Assembly (NCBI GenBank): GCA_037379345.1
Contig: CM074513.1
Span: 34,654,885-34,718,884, forward strand
Direction of reading: 5' to 3'
Source: Perna viridis
Taxonomy: Eukaryota
Length of the DNA: 64,000 nucleotides
Position 1 is the first letter of the stretch, and each line of letters starts with the position of its first letter. Positions 12,401 to 23,916 of the stretch are shown here, one piece after another. A model generated the notes under the pieces. That model did not search any database. It saw only the letters and a program-made list of their open reading frames with translations, and had not been told where the DNA came from. The translations under genes were made by a program, and so were the position numbers.

Positions 12401-15400
12401 GATGCAGACAAACTGTTTAGGTTGTTTGGTAAAAGTAAAATCATGGTAAGTATTATCTAAGTTTTACAGAACTTATGCTGTATTTGTTTTTTATTGTAAA
12501 TTTTTCTAGAAAGCTAGTTTGATTTCTGCTGCTCTTTCTTAAAGTGGGGAATTAAGGTACTTACACTCTGTTAGATAGCAATCAATGTTACTATCATACA
12601 AACTCAAACACAAGACTTTAATAATTATATGTATGTTACTGTACAATGTAATAATGTTTATTTTACACTGTTTTCTTCTCCATTTTAGATAAAGAGACAG
12701 AAAAATACAAATGATAATGTGGATGTGGATGCTGAAATTGACAACTATAACTTTAACAACTCCAATGATATGGAAAATTATTGTCCTAGAGGGGATGAGG
12801 TATAAAAACTTCATTTGATGAATATTTGTCATTTACTTAAGTGTATTGAATTGGTAATAAAATTGTGGTTAATTAGCTTTTTATCAATGCCAGATTTAGT
12901 TCAAAGGTGTAGGGGCATTAAGGTATGAATATCGCCTAAAATATCAATTTTGTTGACATGACTTGAAGGTTGTTTATAACTTGGTAAAATGTATAGATAA
13001 TGGGAAAAATAATACTTTGTGGCTTTAGTTCATTGTAATGATGACATAATGAAGCCACAAGTTTACATCATTTACCAAAAATTGCTTAGAAATGTAAATT
13101 TTGTTGTTTTTGTATTTTTTCCCCAACATATTTACATCCAGGACACAACTTAATATTTTCACATATGATAAACAATGTAATAATGAATGTATTTATCATA
13201 TATGAAGTTGTTTCTTGGGTGTGGACACCTTTTTACTTCCCAAAAATATGACCAGAAAGTGACCAAAAAGTACAAAATTTGACAGAATATCTGGATATTT
13301 TTTGAACTACAAGCAATTTTTCTGGGCTATCATCACAAGAATTATCAGAAGTTTTTATGTTTTCCCATTTGTGAATGATTCAAGTCTCCAAATTCACAAT
13401 TAAAAGTATTAACATTTTTTTTTGATAAGCTGAGATGTGTTTATGTTTAAATAAATTTCTTTGTAGGCCTGTGATGATGATGATGATGAGAATGGAGACT
13501 TTGGATTTAATTTTACTGCTGATGTTGGTTCTCAGGAGACAAATGATTCACAACCAAGTGTTCTGGTGAATGATACAGCATTAGATGGCACACTACTGGG
13601 AGATAAACTGTTAGAGGTTCCTAGAAAGGTCTGTTTCTCCTTGATTTATACTTTTTAGTGAAAGAATATAACATTATCTTAATCATATTTGTAGTGTTTG
13701 AGAAAAAATAAGATAAAATGTCATCATGTTTAAAAGTATAACCATGGAAAGCAAATTTAGGTTTTATTACACGAAAGTCCTGGAAGCATAACATTTACTT
13801 TAAACTTTTTCTGTTACAAGTGCAAGAAATTATTGATAATGGAATGAATATTGTCATATTTGGTGTGTCATTCTCTGAAGAATTACTATTTAGGTAATAT
13901 ACATCTGGTGTCAATTTCACAAAAACTTATAAAAGTAAAAATGATGATAACTTACAGTGTCACAAGAAAATAGCATTGTGACATCATAACTTACAGTGTC
14001 ACAAGAAAATAGCATTGTGACATCATAACTTACAATAAATTTTACACTTACGACTTTTTGTGAAAAGGTCTGTAGCATGTACCAGCTAGACATTAGGTAC
14101 TTGAATATATAGTATTTAAGATAATTCAATAAATATTGTAATTTTTTTTAATAAAAATTTTAATTGGAATATTTGTGTTTATTTTACAGGTAGCTAAAAT
14201 AGATATAGGTTATGCAAAAACAGCAAAGAAGCTTGATGTCAAAAAACTTAAAAGAACCATTTGGGGAATCCTTACTGAATCTGAAGAGGATAAGGTAATG
14301 GTAGATAATGCTAGTGCTGGAAATAGTTTTCATTGATATGTAGAATTATACACATCCTCTAGGGTTTTACTTTCAAGATCTGATACAAGTGTAAGCTTAA
14401 GTCTACAAGTGTCAATGTTTCAAGAAATCTTTTGGAAATGAGATTTCATCCAATTTTCAACATGGATCTCCAGCATTTTCTCTGAGATACTTCGGTGAAC
14501 ATGAGAAGCCAGAATTAGCAAAAGATTATTCAGATAAACGAGACCATAATCATCCTAGTTGTTAAAAATAAAATTTCCAGCACTCAAGGTTTGAATGTTA
14601 TATATATTTAGTGAATTGCTCTTTGCTTAGGTACACACAGAAGATCTCATGTATTTAAGGAAAATATTTTTTTTTTGTTCAATTTGACTCAAAGTAGTTT
14701 TCACTTAGATTGATGAATATAGAATATTCAATTTGACAGTTCTAGTGAGTGTACACTTCATTTATGCCGTAACTTATTTGATTTGAATCATTTTACAGGA
14801 TAAGCCTGGTGCTAGTGGTGGACAGACAGATATACTAAACAAAACCATGGATAAAACTATTTACTTTACTGAACTGTTGTCAGAGTTGCCTAAGAGAGTG
14901 TCTGGACAAACTCAAGAAAATCTTAGTGTACCGATAGCCTTTGTCTGTTTACTACATTTGGCAAATGAGAAGGTAAGAATAAGGGTTGTCTGATTTTGAA
15001 GTGAATACAATAAGATTTATGAATAGAATGATTTGTAAGTATAATCAAATCCATTGTATTATATTGTATTAAGAAATCTGACAAAAATGTTAAAGAGACT
15101 TAATAGAATTTTTGATATAACTGTAGTATCAGGTACCGTCAAACTTTTATAACATTGTATTGTTTCATCTTATTTGTACTAAATAGAATTATATTCTCCT
15201 CCTATCTCAAATTTTTCTTCCAATCTTTGATTTCAACATCTGTGGGTTGCTTAAATGTTTATATAAAACTCAAATGGGTCCTGTTATTATACAAAGCCAT
15301 TTTACAATAGATACACTTTTGCTTTATACTAAATGTGTAATTTTCTTTCTTATTTTTCAGAATTTAAGGATAGAAGATAGTGAAATGAAGGACCTTATTA

Positions 15401-15423
15401 TATCTCAAGATGTTCTTCACTGA
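393..15423 (+). CDS. NCAPH: Condensin complex subunit 2 (CAP-H/barren, condensin I kleisin), 5'-partial spliced gene: join(393..486,2658..2744,5604..5733,6373..6449,8628..8880,9191..9279,9566..9704,10288..10375,11295..11422,12207..12445,12689..12799,13467..13628,14190..14294,14799..14972,15361..15423)
   Basis: 15 exons with GT-AG introns join into one open frame (~645 aa) ending in TGA. It carries Cnd2-family motifs: [122 protein letters not shown]. Confidence 0.95.
2658..2744 (+). CDS. NCAPH: NCAPH exon ([29 protein letters not shown])
   Basis: tttcAG / GTAATT; highly conserved KINxKNAFxLxLIDYM motif. Confidence 0.95.
3059..3234 (-). mobile_element. Interspersed retroposon/SINE-like repeat, copy 1 (5'-truncated)
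   Basis: Highly similar to 30838-31012 and, inverted, to 41404-41602. All three copies share the same terminus (...ttgattac). Confidence 0.7.
5604..5733 (+). CDS. NCAPH: NCAPH exon ([32 protein letters not shown]...)
   Basis: tAG / GTATAC; conserved TLDASxKIYxxRVD motif. Confidence 0.95.
5806..5994. mobile_element. Small MITE (TIR gggctgttcca / tggaacagcc), PIF/Harbinger-like
   Basis: Terminal inverted repeats. Related decayed copies lie near 10446-10635 and end near 27443. The superfamily call is inference. Confidence 0.6.
6373..6449 (+). CDS. NCAPH: NCAPH exon ([26 protein letters not shown]), acidic then basic
   Basis: tgcAG acceptor in phase 1. The donor AAG|GTTATT is weak but gives the phase 0 needed by the next exon. 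Confidence 0.8.
6910..7880 (+). mobile_element. Helentron/HINE-like element carrying ~2.5 copies of a ~160-bp internal tandem repeat
   Basis: The anchor ggtgaat recurs at 7121, 7282 and 7442; tgataccc start; a related monomer lies at ~46530-46610. Boundaries are approximate. Confidence 0.55.
8258..8547 (+). mobile_element. HINE-like non-autonomous element
   Basis: tttgataccc start, microsatellite-like tgtgt tract, ggggtatt subterminal IR and a 3' stem-loop gtgagccatagatcac. A similar element lies at ~48374-48535. Confidence 0.55.
8628..8880 (+). CDS. NCAPH: NCAPH exon ([13 protein letters not shown]...[16 protein letters not shown]...IDISDLK)
   Basis: tttcAG / GTATGT; conserved VDPxF..FDEGG motif. 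Confidence 0.95.
9191..9279 (+). CDS. NCAPH: NCAPH exon ([30 protein letters not shown])
   Basis: cctcAG / GTAAAA; ICPSF motif. Confidence 0.9.
9566..9704 (+). CDS. NCAPH: NCAPH exon ([22 protein letters not shown]...ENEYA)
   Basis: Poly-T then tacAG / GTATAA; FDxNAE motif; phases consistent. Confidence 0.9.
9959..10254. mobile_element. MITE with 15-bp TIRs (CAGTGTGGGAAGCCA / TGGTTTCCCACACTG) and a 5-bp TSD TGTTA
   Basis: TIRs match at 14 of 15 positions; TGTTA at 9954-9958 and 10255-10259; subterminal ct(t/c)gcc repeats. Confidence 0.8.
10288..10375 (+). CDS. NCAPH: NCAPH exon ([29 protein letters not shown])
   Basis: tacAG / GTAAGT; bridges phase 1 to phase 2 as the neighbouring exons require. 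Confidence 0.85.
11295..11422 (+). CDS. NCAPH: NCAPH exon ([42 protein letters not shown])
   Basis: tatAG / GTAAAA; YSYF...WAGPxHWK motif. Confidence 0.95.
12207..12445 (+). CDS. NCAPH: NCAPH exon ([10 protein letters not shown]...[22 protein letters not shown])
   Basis: tttcAG / GTAAGT; basic segment and LPxDxHY motif. Confidence 0.93.
12689..12799 (+). CDS. NCAPH: NCAPH exon ([37 protein letters not shown])
   Basis: ttttAG / GTATAA; NxND..NYCP motif. Confidence 0.92.
13467..13628 (+). CDS. NCAPH: NCAPH exon ([14 protein letters not shown]...[10 protein letters not shown])
   Basis: ttgtAG / GTCTGT; phase 0-0, open frame. Confidence 0.9.
13947..14033. repeat. 39-bp tandem duplication with an internal inverted repeat (tgtcacaa/ttgtgaca)
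   Basis: ataacttacagtgtcacaagaaaatagcattgtgacatc, ~2.2 copies. Confidence 0.85.
14190..14294 (+). CDS. NCAPH: NCAPH exon ([35 protein letters not shown])
   Basis: tacAG / GTAATG; YAKTAKKxDxKKLK motif at the start of the C-terminal winged helix. Confidence 0.95.
14799..14972 (+). CDS. NCAPH: NCAPH exon (DKPGASGG...[18 protein letters not shown])
   Basis: tacAG / GTAAGA; LLHLANEK motif. Confidence 0.95.
15361..15423 (+). CDS. NCAPH: NCAPH last coding exon ([20 protein letters not shown])
   Basis: tttcAG acceptor; ends in TGA immediately followed by TAG. Confidence 0.93.
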   Translation, partial: NLRIEDSEMKDLIISQDVLH

Positions 15424-15862
15424 TAGATTGTACATATTGTTCTATATATATATATATATATTGTATAGTGTGAAAGCTAACAGACAGCTATTGTCTTAAG
15501 GTTGCTGTTTAAGAGAAGGGTGTCATATTAAGTACTCTCACCAGTGTTCATTACATTCGTTGTAAACCAGATCTCTATACAAAGCCAGCAGATGTGTTTT
15601 TAGGTTTATATGAGTCTTCTTTTCATATCAGATCTTGATTAATCTGAACTTTTTATTTTGCACAGAAGGCATTGAATCATACTATTTTTAACTCAGGTGA
15701 AATAGTAATTAATGAATGTTGTTATTTATTTTAGTAAGCCTTGTTTATTATATTTTTTTATTGTGAAGTATTTTTAAAGTTGTTTTTACGTGTTATTTAT
15801 AAATCTGTTTTACATTTAATATCAGATGTACAGTAATGTAGAATGTTACCATAATTATAGCA

Positions 15863-15868
15863 AATAAA
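15863..15868 (+). terminator. Putative NCAPH polyadenylation signal AATAAA
   Basis: First AATAAA I see after the stop codon, following a U-rich ~440-nt 3' UTR. Confidence 0.5.
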
Positions 15869-15874
15869 ACAGTT

Positions 15875-16084
15875 AACTTCAGGGGATAGACTTGTTCTTG
15901 CCCTGACGGAATTGTCATTACCTGATGAGGTAAATAATTAAGTGGACAAATGAGGAGATTTAAACTGTTTACAGAATAGTGGAGTGTTCAGATTTCTTTG
16001 TCAATTGTCCAGTTAACTATTTAAGACAGTTCCTCAGGTAATGGTCAATAAATCAAGGGAAGGCGAACTCCATTCCCTGAAGTT
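15875..16084. mobile_element. Fold-back (palindromic) MITE
   Basis: The arms pair imperfectly over ~90 bp: aacttcaggg/ccctgaagtt, cattacctga/tcaggtaatg, and taaataattaagtggacaaatga/tcaattgtccagttaactattta. Confidence 0.75.
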
Positions 16085-19000
16085 TACCATTTCACTCTCA
16101 ATAACATTATCAGAAGTAGTTGGCTTTGATATTTACAAGTTGTGTTAGTCTACCTATATTTGTCCCACTTTTCCATATTAAATCACAATAACGATTTGTT
16201 TTTTTTTTTTTTGTTACTTGCTTTCATTATCAACTATCTCTCTTTCATGTCTTTACTCATACTATGCAAAATATGCCAACACCCACTAAAAACAACATTC
16301 TACAGTTGATGATTTGAGGTAACCATTTTCATGATTTAGTAGAGCTTGATTTAGCTACTTTTTATACAGCAAAAATAAATTGTTTCTATCATCTTCTCTA
16401 TCATCTCCTTAGTTCTCACTTTTAATTGTATTGTATATATTACCATACTTTATTTTAAACATTACACATGTAATTCGTAAATGAACATGTTATGTACAGT
16501 ATGAAAAATAATATATGTAAATAACTGATAGTTGAGAAATTCTTCTATGGAAGGAAGTATAAGTAAAATAACGTCCAATTAGATATTTCATTAAGGCACA
16601 ATATTTCTCATGTGAAAATTGTGAAAATGTCATGCACTGATTGTTCAAGTAGTAGCTTTATTAATTCATGCAAGTTTTACATGTATTTTTTTAGTCCTCA
16701 TCCAGTTGTCATTAGGGGCAATACACATTACATTTGGTTAAGTGTAAGGGATCACTACTGGCATCATATATCACTATAATACACATGTCAGTGATGCAGT
16801 AGTATGAAACTGCTGAGACTTGTTACACTTAGTTGCTGCTAAACTGTACTATTGATAAGTTTATCTAATCTTAACATTAACAAATAAAAAAAACAACATA
16901 AAAATTACAATGATACATCCTTAAGGTTTATGTTATGCGACTGTCCATAATGCGGGATAGGCATCTCATGGAATTTTCTGTATATTATTTATTCATACAT
17001 CAAGAAAAAAAAATATTGACAAGATTGAAGCTAAATTTTAATTAAACTAATTATTATAATAATAATATTTCTATACAATAAAGACAAATGATCTCATTAT
17101 ATACATTTAGGTGATGTTTGGTATGTCTGTGCCATAGTTGAGAATTGTTTGTTTTTGGAAAAATGAATAAGTTCACATTATATAAATATAAGACAAGGAA
17201 TATTTTCATTAGATTGATATCATGTTACAGAATCATTCCTTCACTGAACTTTTTATAGGTGCAATGAATTGTACTGTGTAATTCCTGTTATAATGATTTA
17301 ATACCTCATAAAATATATGCAAGTTATAATCATGTTACTGGAACATTTCTGTTTTATTTGAAGTTACCATTTATTTGTGATGACTTATAGTCCTTATAGA
17401 AGTAAAACTTGTGTAAAACTGAAAGGAAATATTGTCCAATCAATAAAGCATAGAAATCTAAACTTGTTTTTAATTAGAATGTATTATTTTTGTATAAAAA
17501 AAAAATAATAAAATTGATACTAAGTTTACACACTCATATAATGTGTTCCATGCAGGTTTTGATAAGAGCAGGGTAATGCAGGTCAAAAGAGGGCAATCTT
17601 GCACTTTTTTGAAGGCATATCATGCAGGCACTAACATCTGTTTATGACAGAAAAGAGCAATGGCTTGTATATAACTCAATTAAAAGGACAGGGCAGTAAC
17701 CTGTGTGTCTATAGGGAACACTTATATATTTTGGGTGTCCAAAAAAAAACATGAAAATTGGTACCCCATGATCATAATACTTTCACAGTAATTTCTTCTT
17801 GAAATTACCTTAATTTTTGACTTCTTTAAATTTTTGTTGGATACTAATAACAATAAATATAATTTCTTGCTAACTATGTGCACCAACTGTTCATTGTAAC
17901 AATCTCACATGAAACATACACTTGAAACTATTTTATAAAATTAAATCTTTAGTAGTATACACAGATCAGCACTTCAGAAAACAACAGCAATTCCATTTCA
18001 TCGTGTAACAATATAAACACGTACCTGGTATATTCCTGCTACTATTGTTAGATCACAAAAGACAGAAAACATGATTGACATCATGTGATTGGGATTTAGC
18101 TGTTTGTTATAATAAAAAAGTAACAATATCAGGTTGAATTTCACAACTCACCCTCCTGTCTGGCTTTACACTTTATCATTAAAATCTTAAATAGCTCTAG
18201 AACACTTTATATGCATACAGTACTATTTTTTAAAGGTTTTTATCTTTGATCAGTTTTAATTGCATGTATAAAGTGCTGCATTCATTGTTGGATGCAAACT
18301 AAACATATATGTAAATGTGTAACATTAGTCTTGATCCATTCAAGTAAGATTAATGTACAGGTAGGCTTGTTCATTTTGATAGTTAGATCATTTGAATTTT
18401 ATTCTTAGTGTACCTCATTTTGTTATATTTTCTGAGAGTTCTTAATGATGCTACACAAGTTATGTTAAACTTTTCAGTATTGACAGAAATCTGGAAGTGT
18501 ATCCTAGATCAGGTGCATTTGTATGCCATAATTTAGTTTTGTTTTAAATCTCTTCTACTGCAGGTGTTTAACTCATTAATTAAATATGAGATTGATTTGG
18601 ATTCAAGTTAATGTAGGTGGTGATAAAATAATCACTTCTATCAAACATTTTCTATAATAGATTAGAGTTATCTCCCATTACATATTAGTAAATTTTGACT
18701 GTATTCCTAGTTTTCACATGAAAAAAAGTATAATTTAGCTGCATCTAAATTGAAATCAAATTACTTTAAGGTGATAAATGAATTATCTGCCTGTTTATCA
18801 ATTGTTATTCTAATTTTAATTAATTTTAGTTTTTTGGGGGTGTTTTAGCTACCATGTAATAGATTGCAGATGGAAGGTTTGGTTACTGGCTTTAGTACAG
18901 GAATTTTTAAATGCACTACAGCTAGGGTTTATTAACTTGAATAACATTTGTTTGAATGAAATCAGCTTTTGATAGTTATTAGGTACAAAGGAATTTACTC

Positions 19001-22000
19001 CGGTCCTGTGTATTAGCTCGTGCTAAGTCAAAGTAGTGACCTTCTTCTACAGAACAAACAGCACTATTGGTTAACTTCATTACTAATTTTACACTTCATT
19101 CATATCTTATTTTAGATGACAATAGTATTCTCTATATGAAGCACCAAAATATCTTCTTATATACGTAATTACTTTGCAGGGGCCATTGAAGTAAATTCTG
19201 AATTAAGTTGTACGAAGCAAAAACTAAAAACAAAAATGTGTATCCATTGATAATGTAGATGAATTATGTTTATTTATATCAATATATAGTTGGTGTATAA
19301 TATCTCCTACTTAGAATCAATGTGTTAACTCTATTTACATTTGCTTTTGAGTTAGAAAGAATGTGAGATCTTAGCATATGCATATATTGTGATCAAAATT
19401 AGTATCATTTCAAGTATTTATTTCTTATTGATTTGATTTTGACGATAAAATTCTGTCATTGTAATTCAATCTTGCTCTTATGGTATTTAAATGTAACAAA
19501 AGTAAGTGATTAAGCAAATATTGAATTGAAGAGTTTTAATTTCATTTAATTGGAATGTGAAAAGCACCGATCAAATATCAAATTTGTGATCAAAATTTAA
19601 TATTATTTATGAAATTTATCTGCAATAGCAAAGGAGCTGATTGTGTCATGAATGATATGGAGATATGGACCAATTTTGCAAGAATATTTGTGAAAATGCA
19701 ATTCACATCATTTTATTGTGATGATTATATTTCCATTATTTAATTAAAGTTTCTTTAATATCTAATACAATAATTGGTATTTTTTGATTTTTTTTACTTA
19801 GAACATAAAAGATATTACATTGGTGTCAGCACAAGGTATGACTGTCAAAATTATTATTTGGTCATTATAAGATATGTTCAAGGCTCCTTTGGCCTGTCTA
19901 ACAGACAAAAATATAAGATTAGAGGTAAACATGTTTTACATGGTTAATATATTTTGCAGTTCTTGTTTGAAATCAATTATAATAATCTGCCAAAACATAT
20001 TTAGCCCATGCCCATGTATTTATCTGTACAATTCTGATTTTCCATAACATTGAAGCTTTCTTTCTATGATTGTGATGTCCCATTTTGAAAATTGGTACAA
20101 ATATTAGTCATGTGAATATATTGACAGAATAGTCGTTTTGATATTAAATGTACACATTTTCTTTTAATTAAAGGGTTGCTTAAGACCAGGGACATTAACA
20201 ACAAATTTGTGTTGATCTTTTTAGCTTGAAAGTGTTGTAAAATCTTAAGATTGTTCTTTACATATAGGTTCTACAAGATCAGCTTGAGAGATGAAATGCA
20301 ATTCTGAAGACAAGTTTTTTGTCATCAAAGGTTTGTTGCATGTTTTGGAATTTGTAAAAAGTCTTTTTAATGAGAAAATACAGTTAAGAAATATATAAAC
20401 AAACTTATTCTTGCTCCTCAATAAAAAGTTTGACTTTTACTTGTACTTTATAGTTAAGGTTTTATGTATTACCTATTCTCTTAAGTATATCCTTAGGTCT
20501 AGTAAATCAGGTATATAAAGTCACTGTGGAATATCACTGGAGGATTTTCTCCCTATTTCATACTTGATCAATCAAAGGGATTATATTACTCTTGAAATTT
20601 AAACCTGTACTTAAAATTTTACAAAAATCCAACTTAACCATGCTGTTCTTATTACATTCAATTCTGTTTGGCTTATCGTTATACCCTTAAATGTATAGAA
20701 ACAACACTTCACTGTTGTTTCACCTGATTACCTATAGCTGTTTGCTTTCTAATCCACTTTCCTTAAAGATTAAATGCTCAACACCAGTATAGGATTAAAG
20801 GTACTTATCTCCACTCTTTAGTGCTACTATAACCAGGATTGTCTATCAGTGATCAAGATATTATCTAACTTAAACAGTTTTAATGTAACTATATGATATA
20901 TTGTAGTGTGTTGTTCACACCTTTGGTTCATTCTACTAATGATCTTATAAAATGGCATGTCCATAGACCTTTAATAGCAAATTCCTCAACTACCTTCTCC
21001 TGTAATTGGCAAGTCCATTTGTTTTGAAATGTTTCTGTAGATTTCAGGATCTCCATTTATTGGCTGGTCCATTTGTTTTGAAATGTAATATTTTTTTCTT
21101 GCTATCTGTGCAATATTTTTATGTTTGGTACCTTCTACATTATAAATGAATTACACAACGGATATCATTTTTTAAGTGGAACTTTCTGAATCTTTGTTGT
21201 CACTAATTGTTTAAAGCCGTATAGCACACTAATAACAACTTTTTATAATGTCATAAACTTGAAATGAACTGGAGCTCTCTTTATTTTATAGGGTCTTACT
21301 TCAGTATGACAATTTCCATTGAGGAGAATGTTGGTTTATCCTTACACATACTGAGAGGTAATTTGCCTACCAGTTCATAATGAAAAAAATAATGTATTGA
21401 ATTGAAAATTAGTATTTTTCACATGGATCTACCTAATGTTTGTGGTGTTTTAACAAACAGATCAATCTATTATTTGTATGTTAGGTAAAGTGATCAGCAC
21501 TCTCTAAATGATGACTAAAGTTGTAATGACCATAATGTCCACTTACTAAATTTAAGTGGACAATCATACCTCGTCTCAACAGTACTTCTGATCATAAGTC
21601 ACACTGATATACCTTTTAAGTATTTCTCAAGGTTATACTGCTTTATCAAGGTTTTAATTACTTAGAATCATGCCGAAAGCATTTTTAATGGGATTAGTTT
21701 TAACTTGGTCAGACTAACCTTGTTTTGATATACTTACATTGTTGAAGTACTCAGCTGAAATAATATGAATGTTTGGAAGACTTGAGACTGCAATAACGAC
21801 TGGATGAAATACTAAAGGTCAAAGATTAAAAATATTATCTTAGAAAGGAAAAAGTTTCTATAAGGTAAAAGTTATGGTGTCCAAGATGACAAGCTACTTA
21901 ACATACTTGCTGTTTTAGGCCCTTTTGGAAATCATAGTTAAACCATTTGATATCAGGAAATTGAAAAAAGATCAAAGATCATTTTGACAAAATCAGGTAG

Positions 22001-22013
22001 ATTGTATGAACAA

Positions 22014-22430
22014 CAAATGAAACTGAGTCATACTTCCATTTCATATCAGACAAATGAAACTGAGTCATACTGCCATTTCATATCAAACAACTGAAACTGA
22101 ATCATACTGCCACTTCATATCAGACAACTGAAACTGAGTCATACTGCCATTTCATAATTGACAAATGAAACTGAGTCATACTGCCATTTCATAACAGACA
22201 AATGAAACTGAGTCATACTGCCATTTCATATCAAACAACTGAAACTGGGCCATACTGCCATTTCATATCAAACAACTGAAACTGAGTCATACTGCCATTT
22301 CATATCAAGCAACTGAAACTGTGCCATACTGCCATTTCATATCAAACAACTGAAACTGAGCTATACTGCCATTTCGTATAAAACAACTTGAGACCGAGTG
22401 ATACTGGCAGTTTATATCAAACAACTGAAA
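22014..22430. repeat. 37-bp minisatellite, ~11 copies (caaMtgaaactgagtcatactgccatttcatatcaaa)
   Basis: Unit starts at 22014, 22051, 22088 and onward; copies decay toward the right end. Confidence 0.95.
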
Positions 22431-23538
22431 AAAAATATTATTGTATCTTATTGCTTCCAATAAAAATAAAATTAATGTTCCTTGAGAATATATGGAATAA
22501 AGTCATGAGGGATTCAGTCTACTCTTAGTTTATTGATTAAAATATTTAAGTTAGGTAACAGTTGTAATTCTCTTGTTATATCAGAACTTGTGAAGATGTC
22601 TATCTCCAGAATAATAACATGCTACAAATACTCTTCATTATGATAACTGCTGCGCTGTCCACAATTTATGAGACAGTCAACAGTTTTCTCCTGTTGATGA
22701 AATTAACAATTTTTCCCTCCAAATGATTACTGCTGGATAAATATGTAAATATCAGCTTTAAACTGGCATTACAATGTACCTTCGGGATTAGGTTATTTGA
22801 TACAACTTTATCAAAGCAAGATCTTAATGTAGATCTTACTTGATTTATATCTTTTGATGATACCTATTTAATATAGAGTTGGATGCCAAGACCTCACAAT
22901 AAAATGCAAAAACTTTATAAAATATCTCTTACTAGGAAACAGAATTGGTGAGGAATTATTGTTAATCTTTTGAAACTGAATATTTTGACTGCCATAGTTT
23001 GAATTGATTTTTGACCTTTAAAGAGCTATTTCATTGCAAATAATCTGATGTGGTGGCTACCAGTATCAGCTTTTATAGGTTTTAAGTTTGCTGTTTTTGT
23101 GTATTAATTTTAATTTATCTGCCTTTTTGCACATTTTATGCCCATAAAACAATTATGTCTGAGTTGATTGCATCTTAATTATGTAATTGTAATTCCATGT
23201 TTAATGTGTGTTAGATTCTGTTAAAGATTTACCTTACCATGGCCATAACTCCTGATGACATTTTAACATGCAACAAACACATAAATAACAATTACCAATA
23301 CAATCAAATACATGTAAATAATTGTCAAAATACCTTTCGTCTTAGAATCAAGGAGGTGAGACAATATTAATGGTAGTTATACATACTGAGATGGTAGTGG
23401 CATTCTATATGGATAACTGGGATATTTCATGATACCCTTTAAAAATTGTGTGTCTGTCTGTCTTCTGACAGTTTCCAGATGATATTTTAGGAACTGATGA
23501 GTGATTTATTTTGAAACTTTGCACAGTTGTGAAGTTTA

Positions 23539-23916
23539 AGTCTTTGTAAGAATCAGGTAAAATGGCAAAAATTCAGAAACATGCATGTCAAAACCCCTCC
23601 AAACTGTCAATATAATATCATGGATGTTTTCTCTATTTGAAATGACCATTATTTGATCTCTGTATCACTGGATTTGGTCAGAAATTTTTCAACAGAATGT
23701 AAGAAATATAGGTTTTTGACAGTTTTCTGCCCTTGAAACGTTCATTTTCAGGGCATTTCAATAAAATTGAAACTCAATTTACCATAATGGACAAATGGTA
23801 TGAAAATCTTGGTCTTTTTTCTGTGATTCTGATGGTGCAAAAAGTCAAATTGAACTTTCAAAATGGTGGGCTTTTTCATACTTTGTTTGATCCACTGCCT
23901 GATTCTTATAGAGACT
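23539..23916. mobile_element. TIR non-autonomous DNA transposon nested in a HINE-like element
   Basis: TIRs agtctttgtaagaatcagg / cctgattcttatagagact match at 17 of 19 positions. The host begins tgataccc...gtctgtctgtc (~23430) and resumes to ggcggggtatcatt (~24020). Confidence 0.65.

Noticed and set aside
20880-21120. Possible RTE-LINE remnant on the minus strand (LKVYGHAIL-like fragment)
   Set aside because: A single weak motif with stops; insufficient support.
21292-21357. Exon-like segment with AG/GT boundaries
   Set aside because: Only one frame is open, it has no homology or partner exons, and such signals are common by chance in AT-rich DNA.
22014-22430. CRISPR-like array (37-bp periodic, partly palindromic units)
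   Set aside because: Units are head-to-tail with no unique spacers, no cas genes are present, and the context is eukaryotic. The same applies to the 24-bp and 50-bp arrays.
23494-23520. Hammerhead ribozyme-like core CTGATGAG...GAAA
   Set aside because: No stem II or flanking helices form, and it lies within a HINE-like repeat. The CTGATGAG at 15922 has no GAAA partner.
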